Virus record (IMG/VR): IMGVR_UViG_2832702071_000001
Location: 32,001-96,000 of that record
Source of the DNA: a virus
Taxonomy: Duplodnaviria; Caudoviricetes
Length of the DNA: 64,000 nt
Strand: one strand, 5' to 3'
Part shown: piece by piece, positions 1-10,592 of the stretch
Layout: each line of letters opens with the position of its first letter
Position numbering within the stretch: the first letter of the stretch is position 1
Notes under the pieces: model-generated
Database searches by the model: none
Told to the model about the DNA's origin: nothing
Seen by the model: the letters and a program-made list of their open reading frames with translations, nothing else
Translations under genes and position numbers: made by a program

Positions 1-140
1 GACAAGTTGTGAGACACAGTATCAGCTTCTGTACACGCTGATAAGACAGTCACCATTATGATTAAAATAATAAATAAATATCCTTTTTTCAATTTTACAT
101 CCACCTTTTTAATATTTTATTTTCGATTGCAATGTTAAGT

Positions 141-551
141 CTAACTATTGTCATCCTCATAATTATCATTGCCGACAATCTCTATCTCTTGGTGAACTTC
201 CGAAAGGTCTTCACAAATGTTGTCCCATTCGTAAACAAATTTACCCTCATCAAACTTAACAACTCCGTAAATCTCGTTATGATCATCCCATCCGATATCT
301 GATTCATAAATCTCTGTTCCGTTCTTATCTTTTAATCCTGTACATTGACCGACAGATTCAGGCACAACAGGCATCCAAAATTCATGAACAATATATTCTG
401 GGTCTGTTTCAACTAAATCACCAACAACGTAAGGTTTACTTCCGTTTTGGATTAAATTGCCGACAAACCACCCGTTATCATGCTCAAAGTGTTCATTGTC
501 CAAATCACTGATCGTCATTTTTGACTTACCTCTAAACTTAATCTCTCTCAT
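141..551 (-). CDS. yopX: YopX family phage protein
   Basis: MREIKFRGK N-terminus, VGQCTGLKDKNGTEIYESDI and C-terminal IEIVGN motifs; GGAGG RBS favours the ATG at 551 over 611. Confidence 0.85.
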   Translation of the reverse strand: MREIKFRGKSKMTISDLDNEHFEHDNGWFVGNLIQNGSKPYVVGDLVETDPEYIVHEFWMPVVPESVGQCTGLKDKNGTEIYESDIGWDDHNEIYGVVKFDEGKFVYEWDNICEDLSEVHQEIEIVGNDNYEDDNS

Positions 552-658
552 TCCGTTTCCTCCTATTTTCCATCCTACTCTAATATTTTTCGTGATCACA
601 ATGCAATACAAATTGTATAAAGCTGATTAGTATTATCGCTAGATAATCCTAATGGGAT

Positions 659-1141
659 TTAGTCTGTATGCTCCATAACTACTTTTAAATAATCCTTATA
701 ATTCATCTTTTCTACCTCTTTTCCGACAACTTCTGATTCATTTTTAACACTGAAGAACCACCGATCACCTAACCACTGTGACCCTTTTGCATTATTCATC
801 CCTAGTACATCCATTCTTTTAAAAGGATCGTTATTTTTTTCAACTTCTTTCAATATTTCACTAAAAATATCAAAATATTTAGATCGCTTTTTGAAAATAT
901 AAACACCATTTTTATCAGAGTTCTTTTTCAACTCATCTTTGTATGCTTCGTAATCATCCGATTCTCCTTGAACACCAAAATGTTCATCGTGATAATAAGC
1001 AAATCCATTATCTTTGAAATAAGTAGAGTTAATTTTCTTAAAAAACTCTTTTCTTTTTCTTTCTCTCTCAATCGTATTTTTATACCACTTAGAATCTTGT
1101 TTTACTTCAAAAACTGGTGAATCTAATGTTTGCATTTTCAA
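659..1141 (-). CDS. hypothetical phage protein
   Basis: 160-aa ORF with AGGAGG RBS. Confidence 0.7.
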   Translation of the reverse strand: MKMQTLDSPVFEVKQDSKWYKNTIERERKRKEFFKKINSTYFKDNGFAYYHDEHFGVQGESDDYEAYKDELKKNSDKNGVYIFKKRSKYFDIFSEILKEVEKNNDPFKRMDVLGMNNAKGSQWLGDRWFFSVKNESEVVGKEVEKMNYKDYLKVVMEHTD

Positions 1142-1210
1142 TTCCTCCTAAAATTGCTTAACTCATATTTTAATTGCCTTCTTCTTAAATTGTTATTTAT
1201 TTCGTACTTT

Positions 1211-1240
1211 TATATTAAATTATAATTATATTTTTGTCAA
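1211..1240 (-). promoter_or_regulatory. SigA-type promoter TTGACA-N17-TAATAT whose spacer and -10 overlap the 18-bp motif
   Basis: Same geometry repeated at 6339-6368, 17302-17331, 19313-19342, 27340-27369 and 45172-45201. Confidence 0.7.
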
Positions 1241-1255
1241 GATAAAAAGAATATT

Positions 1256-1456
1256 TTATTTTGTGTTATTTTGAGAATACTTATAAATTTCCTTCTTATA
1301 ATCCTCAATAATTTCTTCCCAATATTTAATATGCCATAGATGCAGGTTTAACTTAGTTGTTTTCTTGGTATACTTTGCCAACATCTTATAATAATTTAGA
1401 TTGTTTTCCATATTATCTAAAACTCTTCGCTGTAAATCACTCATCTTTCCTCTCAT
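1256..1456 (-). CDS. hypothetical protein (cassette-like)
   Basis: Stop codon lies inside palindromic site 1242-1259. Confidence 0.6.
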   Translation of the reverse strand: MRGKMSDLQRRVLDNMENNLNYYKMLAKYTKKTTKLNLHLWHIKYWEEIIEDYKKEIYKYSQNNTK

Positions 1457-1505
1457 TTCTCACCAAACCTTATTAAATAATTTTTAATATAGGATACACC
1501 TTATA

Positions 1506-2084
1506 CTAAATTACTTGTAATTGCGTAAAGTCGATCTTCTTTCCTTTTTGAAATACAAAATGAGCGTATTCAATTGAGTCGGTCTTTCCGTTATCAGTAA
1601 AACTCATTCTTCGGTTATGTACAAAACAATATTTTGGCAGTCCGATCTCATTCCACAACTTCATTCTTTTCTTGTTACCAAAGAAGTTTAATCTTAACAG
1701 CATAATCACAAATCCTTCATTTTGAACGTCATTTAATGCTTTTCTAATAAATTGCTCGGCTAACAAAAATGGTGGATTACTTATAATTGCCCTAGGCTTT
1801 TTTGGCAATTTTGTCTCTAGATAATCGCATTTAAACTCTGCCAATGAATCCTCTCGAATATCAAAAGTATTTATATCCAATCCATCTACACCAACTTGTT
1901 TCAGTGCCTCTGGATAACTCATTAGATGATCTTTGTCACCACCTGAACATGGGTCAATAATTAATCCATCAAATGCATCCGGTTCATGTTTAATGAATTC
2001 TTTTAAAAAATCATCAATTTTCTCAATAGGTGTTACATAATAGTCTGAAACGTGTCTGTCATATCCTCTACTTGTACTACTCAA
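1506..2084 (-). CDS. DNA amino (N6-adenine/N4-cytosine) methyltransferase-like protein
   Basis: SAM-binding IIDPCSGG motif followed by catalytic SNPPF; N-terminal DYYVTP. Confidence 0.75.
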   Translation of the reverse strand: MSSTSRGYDRHVSDYYVTPIEKIDDFLKEFIKHEPDAFDGLIIDPCSGGDKDHLMSYPEALKQVGVDGLDINTFDIREDSLAEFKCDYLETKLPKKPRAIISNPPFLLAEQFIRKALNDVQNEGFVIMLLRLNFFGNKKRMKLWNEIGLPKYCFVHNRRMSFTDNGKTDSIEYAHFVFQKGKKIDFTQLQVI

Positions 2085-2116
2085 TTAATCACTTCCTTAT
2101 GTTATAATTTTATTTA

Positions 2117-2286
2117 TCAACCTGAATACTTTGATACTTCAATATAAGTTGTTTCACCACATTCATGACAGGCAAAATCCATTCCGTCAATGAAGTCAAC
2201 AATAATATCATTTTCACCTGTCATGTTACCTGTTCTAATTCACGTCCGCAGTTTGAACATTCGGTTTTAAATATTTGAATAATCAT
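2117..2286 (-). pseudogene. frameshifted small Zn-ribbon protein
   Basis: RBS-ATG frame gives MIIQIFKTECSNCGRELEQVT-stop; second CxxC (CHEC) continues in another frame to TGA at 2117. Confidence 0.5.
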
Positions 2287-2321
2287 TTATTTTCCTCCTT
2301 TAATTAATTAAAATTCTTGTT

Positions 2322-5300
2322 TTATTTATCTACCACATCTTCATAGAATGCTATTTTTTGAATCAAGTGATTTCTATTTATATTATTAAAGTGATTAGCC
2401 GATAGCTCGATACCTTCAACCTCGTTAACTAGTTGCACTAGAGCAACTTGTAAGTATTCGATAGGACAATTAGGATTCTCCCAATAATTAACTCCCTCTT
2501 TAATCCATTCCATTTATTACCGTCCTTCCATTAAAATCTTGTTATTATCTTATATTGCTTAGCTGTGTTCTTTCTAATTGTTCTTGAAGTTGTTTACGTT
2601 CTTTGACAAACTCATCCTCAATTTCCTTTATTATTCTTATTTCACGACTTTGATCATGGTTGTCTAATCTCATTGATGCCGAGGTTAGTGCACTAATTTT
2701 ATTGTCTAATTCATTAATTTTGTCAAACGCTTGCATGACATTCACTTATAAAATCTCTCCTTCCGTTTAAATGTTACTTTTATAACAGCTCATCTTCGTA
2801 TTGGATTGAACCATTTTTATCGATATAGATACCTTTTTGCTTAACTAGATTTACGAATTTATCTTTAAAGATTATACCTGAATTAACTTCATCAAAAATT
2901 ATTTTTTGTGGACGGTTTCTCTCAATTAATTCAGCCAACACTTCAATTTGATCATCTAATGAACCTCGAACCGTTTTTTGCCCTAAATCTTTTCCATTTG
3001 CAATATCTAAACAACGAACCCTACTTTCCTCTCTTCCCCAATCAAAATAAAATACCTTCATTTAAATCTCCTCCTGATTTTTTATTTCCTTTTAAAATGC
3101 CATCATTATTTAATTACAACCCTCTATTTCTTAACGGTGTCTGTAGAAAGGTGTCTACAAGATATAACGATTTTTTAATTTGTTCACCTGTAAATAATGG
3201 GGCATTAATTGATTTAATACTAATTGTCCCATGATAATCTTCTTTTTTAGTGTAGGCATTAAACCACAATAACGGGTTAGCAAATGATGGATTTCCAATA
3301 GATACATTTTTGTCATCAGCATCCCAAACTGTTCCCAATCCTAATTTACCAAGCTCATCATATAATTTGTTTATGTCCATTTTATTTCCTCCTTTATTTA
3401 TATCAAATAAAATGTCACTTTTATTCATTTAATACTCTCTTCAGGTAGCCATACCTCTTTTCGTGTAATATTAACTTTTTTCTTGATTTCTTTATGATGC
3501 CATTCTCCACACCAATTGCATCTTCTTGTATTATTTACGTGTGTAAATCTATTTTTTGCACCCAACATCCAACCATTATGACTCCTATCAAAAATACATC
3601 TGCCGTCTCGCTCATAAGTTTCAAAAAACCAATCAGTTATATCTGTCAATTCCCAATTTGGCAATGCAAACCTATCAGATCTATTTCTGGTTAATATAGA
3701 ATCTACACTATGAAATGATCTTCCGTTTTTTAAACCTAATGGCAAGATAATAAGTTGTCTTGGATTTAAACTTTTATTTTTATCAAATTCTAAATACTTG
3801 CTATCGAACCATGAGTTGTGTACAAAATGTACCTCTAATTGATTTTTAACATACTTTCCTTCATCTCTATTTGAAATTATTTTGTGTAAAAATCTATATA
3901 AGTTCCAGCTATATTTATCTGACTCTCCTTTTGTTTTTGGTTTTATCCTTTTTATATCTATCATTTTTTACCTCCATTCTATTATAACGTCAATTTTATC
4001 TAGTCTTTTTTAAACATTTTTAAAATGTAATCATTGGCTTTATACAACTTTACATCTTCCTTTTTGGATACTTCACGCTTCAATGAATATAAATCATAAT
4101 AAGCAAGGAAGCTGTCTGATTGACCATCTAGACCCAATAATAATGTGTCTGTGCATACTCCATAATTCTTTTCAGTCGTGTCAAGATAAGCAACATTGTC
4201 AATTACGACAATATCACCGTATTCAATTTCTAAATCTTTAGCGTTATCAGTTATATGCAACTCCATTTAAATTCCTCCTTTCCGATGAAAGAAACATTTT
4301 ATTCTGTTAATCAACATCTGGTTGAAGCATACTGTTAAGTAATTGCTTAGACTCTTCTGCTAACTTATAATTTTTATTTGCTATATTAAATAAACGATTC
4401 GAATATTTTCCTATTTCTTGATTCAGTTTTATATTATTTAATTGTTTTCGTTCTACCTCATCTTCTAGTTGTCTAACGTAGTCAAATAAATTCAATAATG
4501 CATTTCTTTCCATATGTGCGCCCTCAGTTGTTTCAATATCTGTCATTAAGTCATGAATACCACTTGTGTCCCAATTATCCACTCAAATCATCTCTCCTCT
4601 ATTAAAATATAAGTTTTATCCTACAATTCTTTCAATGACCGCAATTATTACAACCACCCATAGCGAGAAACTACACTTATTTGCATCCATAATTCCTTGA
4701 TCTATATCACCTTTGAAGTCATCTATCCAAGTTTTAAAGTAGTAAATAACTGCTACCACTAAAAAAAGACCAAAATAATGTATTCAATATACTAGGATTA
4801 CCCGATTTTCTCATCTAGGTATGTAAATAATTCTTGCAATTCTTCTAATATCTCCGCTTTGTCTAAATCACTGTACGCATACACAATATCTGTAATTTGT
4901 TCTTGGTCGAGTGCATGATATTTATTTAATAATAATTGTAATTTTGTCATTTTTACCACCCTTTATATTATAATGTTATTTGTTAATACAAACTTTCTTC
5001 TTTATTTTCAGATCAATTTATATCATATCTTTTTCCTACTCTTGTATGATCTTATTAGACTAATGACCCATCAACTAACAAGGCTGTGTTCTCACATTCA
5101 AAAAACTCTTTCATAAATTCATTAAATGTAATATCCCTACCGTATTTGGAATTTGCCAGTTTCCAAAAAGCATATTCTCTTGTTACCAATTCTGGTTCTC
5201 CTTCAGATAAAACTTCTTCTGGGGTTTCTCCGCCTACTGTCTCAGAATAAACTTTTGCAGCATCATATACACAATCTCTCGTTAAATCTGTGCTAACTGT

Positions 5301-5911
5301 GATTAAACCATAATATTCTTGTTTACTAAATTCATAATATAATCTTACTTTCTTATTTATCATTTTTTTATTCCATCCTTTTTATATTATTTTATAAATT
5401 AAAACGAAGATTTTATTAATTACATTTCATATTCGATTTCTAAGTTAAACTCTTTTTGGCAATTGGGACACTTACAGTCATAAACTTCAACACACCAACC
5501 GTCTTCCTCGTATTCTCGTTTATGGTCATACACTCTATAAAAGTTTCTTTCGCTACAATGGGGGCATTTTTCAGACGTTGTTGTGTTTCCAGATGTAAAG
5601 CCTGTTGGATTGTCGTTATTGACAGCATAGATTGTTCTAACCTCCCCACAAAATTCTCCTTCAAATGGTACTACGAAAGTCATCTTATCACTTCCTTTAT
5701 AAGCTAAAATTTCCGGTTTATTTGATTATTTAAAACTTTTATTAATCTTTTTATGTGTTCTTCTGAAAATCAAACCTACAAACACGAACCAAATAATATA
5801 AATAGATACTGATATGATTGTCGGCAGCAACACTAACCACCAGCTCCAACTAATAATTCCAATAAGTTTTAATACAACAAATATAATAGTTAATGTTTCT
5901 AATACTCCCAT
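2322..5911 (-). CDS. Run of short hypothetical genes (2322-2513, 2545-2745, 2780-3061, 3114-~3380, 3425-3964, 4000-4266, 4307-4582, 5055-5363, 5420-5683, 5726-5911), mostly separated by palindromic sites
   Basis: ORFs have RBSs; 5420-5683 has two CxxC pairs; 5726-5911 is a two-TM membrane protein. Confidence 0.7.
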
Positions 5912-5948
5912 TTTTCATTCTCCTTTTTTATCAGTTAAAATAAATGTT

Positions 5949-6305
5949 TTATTTAGTGTGAGTCCCTTCAACACCACGCTGTTCTCTACTCATTGTTCGC
6001 TTTCTTAACCATAATAATGCTTCCTCTAATTTTGTTATAGCCATTGAATTTTCTTTACACTTAAAATCAGACTGATTAAAATGCTCTAACCTTGAGATAA
6101 CCATAACAATCAGGTCTTCGTTCATTACACCATTAACGCCATATTCCTTAATAGCTCCTTCTTGAAAGTGAATTGTTTGTAATATCTCGTCATTGGCAGG
6201 CTGAACAACCTCAAAATAGTGTGGTGCATTAAATTGAAAATTTTCTTCATGATATACTTTTGTATATTTATTGATTAATAAATCGTGTTTTAATTCCTCC
6301 ATCAT
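5949..6305 (-). CDS. tad1: Tad1-like anti-Thoeris/anti-CBASS cyclic-nucleotide sponge
   Basis: FQEG..KE.GVNGV..EDL...RL..F......[14 protein letters not shown]...R..RGVEGT closely follows the recalled Tad1 family pattern. Confidence 0.8.
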   Translation of the reverse strand: MMEELKHDLLINKYTKVYHEENFQFNAPHYFEVVQPANDEILQTIHFQEGAIKEYGVNGVMNEDLIVMVISRLEHFNQSDFKCKENSMAITKLEEALLWLRKRTMSREQRGVEGTHTK

Positions 6306-6372
6306 CTTCTCCTTAATGTTTATCTTAAGTTATATATTTATATTAAATTATAATTATTAAAAAGTCAACAAA

Positions 6373-6819
6373 TTACTCACCAATTAATAATCTATTTGGA
6401 TGGTATTTTTTAATCTTTTTATTTAAGAAGTCAGTATTTATAAAACCAGCGAACTTAACCATATCCTCATATGATGTAACCATAAACTCATCCCATTCGC
6501 CTGTTTTCTTCCAGTGATCGAATAGTAGTTGATGCTCTTTACTTTGATCTTCTATTAACGAAAATGAATTATCTAATTTAAACCCACTAGGAACATATTT
6601 AAACGTTTTAACAAGATCGACCAAACAGTCTTCGCATAAGTCAAAGCTCCATTGCTCCATATCAAAATTGCTATGATAACCAAATGATGTCGAAAACTCA
6701 TGAAACAAATCTAAATTATGATCTTTTTTTTCATTTTTGTATGCTTTCCCACACTTATTGCAGCTAATCATAGTCAACTCATCTTTATCAACCTTAACCT
6801 TTTTAAACTTTTTCACCAT
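6373..6819 (-). CDS. hypothetical Zn-finger protein
   Basis: CNKC and CEDC pairs. Confidence 0.6.
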   Translation of the reverse strand: MVKKFKKVKVDKDELTMISCNKCGKAYKNEKKDHNLDLFHEFSTSFGYHSNFDMEQWSFDLCEDCLVDLVKTFKYVPSGFKLDNSFSLIEDQSKEHQLLFDHWKKTGEWDEFMVTSYEDMVKFAGFINTDFLNKKIKKYHPNRLLIGE

Positions 6820-6987
6820 GTATTCCCCCTAGTGCGCTTTATAAGTTTTCATTTAAATAAACTAGTAGTTTTTCTAACTCATCAACTTTCTCTTTATCAG
6901 TTAAAACTGTGTCCATTTCTATAAGTTGTTTGTTTAGATTAAAACCTTCCGTGTGATAAAATTTATTCATTAATACTTCTAATTTAG

Positions 6988-7209
6988 TCATTCCAATTCC
7001 TCCTCTTGAATTTCATACATTATTTTCGCACTTATAATCTCATCTATATCTGTCTTTGAATTAATAAAATCCTGTGTAGATATATATTTACTATCAAACC
7101 TTAATCCCTCATATGTTTTCAAATACATCAATATTAGATGCTTATCTGTTTTTAGACTATCACCATATTTTTCAAATAGTGATTTAACATTTTCAATTGT
7201 CTTTTGCAT
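6988..7209 (-). CDS. hypothetical protein
   Basis: 73-aa ORF overlapping the upstream gene. Confidence 0.55.
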   Translation of the reverse strand: MQKTIENVKSLFEKYGDSLKTDKHLILMYLKTYEGLRFDSKYISTQDFINSKTDIDEIISAKIMYEIQEEELE

Positions 7210-7501
7210 ATTCTTCTAAACTCTTAATAGCAAACTCAAGATATTTTTTAGCTTTTTTTAAGTCTGTCAATCCTTTATCTTGATGTTTTAGTGGCGCTCT
7301 TGATAGATATTTTATTGCATTACCTACACACATACCCAAATACCCATTATCATAATTTTTTGTAACCTCTTCGATCATCTCAATAGTTTCAAACTTACCA
7401 CTAGTATAGTGGTCAGGTGAATTAACCTCTTCTTTTTTATTAATAACGTTATCAACCGCTATTGATTGAAAATTCATATCTGTTTTATCTATTTTAAACA
7501 C
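7193..7501 (-). CDS. DUF3310 family phage protein
   Basis: VNSPDHY...E.IE....GNAIKYLSRA..K.....DLKKA..YL signature. Confidence 0.85.
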   Translation of the reverse strand: MFKIDKTDMNFQSIAVDNVINKKEEVNSPDHYTSGKFETIEMIEEVTKNYDNGYLGMCVGNAIKYLSRAPLKHQDKGLTDLKKAKKYLEFAIKSLEEYAKDN

Positions 7502-7507
7502 ACCTTT

Positions 7508-8149
7508 CTACTGAATAATTCTCAACTCTACTGTTTGGACACCAAAATTATATGCTTCATTTTTACTAGAAACCAATATATCTATATCATTCCCGTTTAT
7601 AGCCCCGCCAATGTCCATAGCCCTAGCCTTAAATCTTACGTCTTTATATCTAATTTCAACTAAGCTTCCCAATTTGATAAAGTTTGGGTCTACAGCAATA
7701 ACTCTATACCCATTTGGTGAATATATCGTGTTTCTTACATCCCAACCTTTATAATTCGTGTATCCAGTGCATCCTTTACAATTAGCCACGTAATTAGTAG
7801 CATTCATTGTTATCCAGCTATTACCTTCTTGTTCTTCTCTTATCTTTTCTTTCTTGATCTCCGCTTCTTTCTCTCTCTTTTCTTTCGCTGCTATAATTTC
7901 TTTTTCATTCGCTTTATAATAAACAGAAGGTTGCAACCTCACTGGAATCAATGGTTTTATATTTACATCATAATCATCCGTCTTCTTTCCATCTTCTAAA
8001 AGTCTATCAGCCATCTTAGAAAAAGAAGGGGAAAGGTATTTATCCTCTCCCCCATAAATTAAAATGCCAATAAAACTAGAAATGATTATGAGTGTTAAGA
8101 TAGAATAAAAGACGTTTTTTATTTTATTTTTATTTTCTTTTTTACTCAT
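7508..8149 (-). CDS. membrane-anchored 3D-domain (cell-wall) protein, YorM-like
   Basis: N-terminal TM helix; VIAVDP..IKLGS....A.DIGGAI.GN.IDIL 3D motif. Confidence 0.85.
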   Translation of the reverse strand: MSKKENKNKIKNVFYSILTLIIISSFIGILIYGGEDKYLSPSFSKMADRLLEDGKKTDDYDVNIKPLIPVRLQPSVYYKANEKEIIAAKEKREKEAEIKKEKIREEQEGNSWITMNATNYVANCKGCTGYTNYKGWDVRNTIYSPNGYRVIAVDPNFIKLGSLVEIRYKDVRFKARAMDIGGAINGNDIDILVSSKNEAYNFGVQTVELRIIQ

Positions 8150-8161
8150 AAGACCTCCATT

Positions 8162-9298
8162 TTATTTAATTGATTTTGCAAATTCTAACGCTTTGGCTAA
8201 ATTATTTTCATCGACTGATTCTTTATATCCCATAGCGCTACCAAATAATTTATTAAATTCCTTAACTAACTCTTTTTGTTTCTTTATTTTTTTCAATCGG
8301 ATAATCTCGTTATCAATTTGCTCAACCAGCTCACCTGAAGATAATTTACTCTCTTCTTGTTCAGCAAATTCTTTTGTATTATCTTCACGTTTTTTAGCCT
8401 GATCTTTTTTGATATCCTCAACACTTTGTTTTGTCTTCTTAAGTTGTCCTTTTACTGCCTCTTCAAATACACGTAGGAAATTTTCGGCGCTATATGTTTC
8501 TTTGTCTGGCAGATTAGTAAATCGTCCTCCTGCAATCTCAATAAAGTTGCTAGGTCGGAAATACATATTAATTTCTGTTTCGTGGAAGTTGGATGCAACC
8601 TCTTTGTTTTTCTTGGTTTTCAAGTTTTCATCTAACTCGTTTCCATCTTTGTCAGTTACAACAACATCACCATACAGACAGCAAATCAAATCTGCTTGTG
8701 ATTTAAATATTTTTTGACCTGTCGTGTTCATCATTAATTCAACAGAGTTGTATTTTAATCCGTCAATTGTTGTTGTCTCTTTAACTTTAGTCCATGCTAA
8801 CCAAAAGAAACCGTAACCAGCATTTTTAAGTTTATCAATCTGTGTCCAAATTTCATCTTTCAGTGCAATCCATACATTTTCAGTATTAATATTTTCATTA
8901 TGCTCTTGAATTGATTCATATTGAACACCATATTTTTTATTCCATTTTTTGATTAGCCATTCGGATGCAGAATCAATCAGTTTATCTACGGTATCTACAC
9001 CGATAACTTTGGTAATACGACCATCTTTTGCCTCCTGAACTAAATCAGGAACAACTTCTGAGCGAAAGAATTCCCAACCCTTATTGTGCATATCAACAAC
9101 AGACTCTAACTCCCATGTGTTATAACCTTCTTCAAAAGCAAAAAGAGTGGCTGCATCTGGATCGTCAGGAAAAAATAACTCCATTACCTCTTTCCATAGT
9201 CGTGTTTTACCACTCTTGTAATCACCAGCTACCAATACGTTGTAATCTTGTAAATCTACTTTAGGAATGTTTTTCTTAACTGAACTTCTAAATCCCAT
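8162..9298 (-). CDS. AAA ATPase, YorG/Sak4-like recombination protein
   Basis: Walker A GDYKSGKT, Walker B IGVDTVD; follows the yorF-like gene. Confidence 0.75.
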   Translation of the reverse strand: MGFRSSVKKNIPKVDLQDYNVLVAGDYKSGKTRLWKEVMELFFPDDPDAATLFAFEEGYNTWELESVVDMHNKGWEFFRSEVVPDLVQEAKDGRITKVIGVDTVDKLIDSASEWLIKKWNKKYGVQYESIQEHNENINTENVWIALKDEIWTQIDKLKNAGYGFFWLAWTKVKETTTIDGLKYNSVELMMNTTGQKIFKSQADLICCLYGDVVVTDKDGNELDENLKTKKNKEVASNFHETEINMYFRPSNFIEIAGGRFTNLPDKETYSAENFLRVFEEAVKGQLKKTKQSVEDIKKDQAKKREDNTKEFAEQEESKLSSGELVEQIDNEIIRLKKIKKQKELVKEFNKLFGSAMGYKESVDENNLAKALEFAKSIK

Positions 9299-9334
9299 TG
9301 AATCTCTCCTTTTATATTAAATTATAATTATATA

Positions 9335-10519
9335 TTACATGCCTTTAAATGGGTCATCTTCATCAGCAAAAGGATCTTCGTTTTTATTTTCCTCAAATGG
9401 ATTACCCGATTTATTATCATCATTGTTTTCTTTATTGTCTTCTTTATCTTTTTTATCGTCTTCTTTGAAAGGATTATTTTCACTATTGTTTTTAGGTTTT
9501 TCTGTGACCTCTTCTTCTGTTAATAGGTCTTTCATATATGTTCCATTAACAATAGAATGAACTTTAACACCTTTGTCAGTACCAGTGATTGTTCTGTTAG
9601 TTCTAGAGACTGTATTTTCCTCTCCTACGGATGCAAATGGATCATCTTCAACATCTGTTTCTTCTTCCACCTCAGAAAAAATTGCCCGATTGTTGTCTCG
9701 ACCTTGTACCTCTACGAAATCAAATTTATTAAGTTTGGTAAACGCATCTGCTAAAGAAATGTTGTCACCTTCAGGCTCAACATACGGAACATCTAGTTCC
9801 ACTTCATAAGGGGTGCTTTTTTCCTTACCATAGTCAAGAAAATATGCATTAATTTTTGTCTCTCTTCCCTCTTCTTCTTGATATGTAGAATTAATACCAA
9901 TTTGCATAGAAACAAAATTTACCTCTTTGAATTCTTCAGACTCAAAATCTGTAACATATTTGTCTACGATAGTTGCTTTGCCAGCTTTAATTTCTTGCCC
10001 GTTTTCAATCGGTTCTGCGTCATTTACAATTCGCCGCTTAAAGTTGATTTTCCCTTTTTCTGAATCAATAAGTGAGCCAAATTCATATTTACCTTTCACT
10101 TCCATCCACTTACCATCTTTAAGTATACTTCCGATTCGCTCTGCTTTATCCCAATCAGTTTCAATTAAGTGGTAAGTATCATTAGGGTATTTGTCTTTGT
10201 TCGTTCGATCTTTCCAGTCAATAGCGTATGATTTCCCTTCACTTTGACTATATAGGTATGCTTTATCTTGTGGAAATCCAATTAATTGAATCTCTAAATC
10301 ATTATGATCAGCAGTTTCAATAACAAATAACAATTTTCTCATTGTATTTCCGTTAGACGTTTCACGTTCTTCTAAGTATGGTTGATTGACACGTATATTA
10401 TTTTCAAAACGTGTTGCAGGCTTAATTTTTCCTACAAAATGAAAGAAACTTTTAAATTCCTTTCCATTATGTTTTTTGTTTAATTTGATAATCTGTTTCT
10501 TTTTAGCCAAACTTATCAT
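9335..10519 (-). CDS. YorF-like putative ssDNA-binding protein
   Basis: Beta-rich core, acidic C-terminal tail ending EDDPFKGM; upstream of the AAA ATPase. Confidence 0.6.
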   Translation of the reverse strand: MISLAKKKQIIKLNKKHNGKEFKSFFHFVGKIKPATRFENNIRVNQPYLEERETSNGNTMRKLLFVIETADHNDLEIQLIGFPQDKAYLYSQSEGKSYAIDWKDRTNKDKYPNDTYHLIETDWDKAERIGSILKDGKWMEVKGKYEFGSLIDSEKGKINFKRRIVNDAEPIENGQEIKAGKATIVDKYVTDFESEEFKEVNFVSMQIGINSTYQEEEGRETKINAYFLDYGKEKSTPYEVELDVPYVEPEGDNISLADAFTKLNKFDFVEVQGRDNNRAIFSEVEEETDVEDDPFASVGEENTVSRTNRTITGTDKGVKVHSIVNGTYMKDLLTEEEVTEKPKNNSENNPFKEDDKKDKEDNKENNDDNKSGNPFEENKNEDPFADEDDPFKGM

Positions 10520-10592
10520 TCTCCTTTTATATTAAATTATAATTATATAGTTTAAAAATATACTACTAGATCATAAATCACCACCTTAAATG

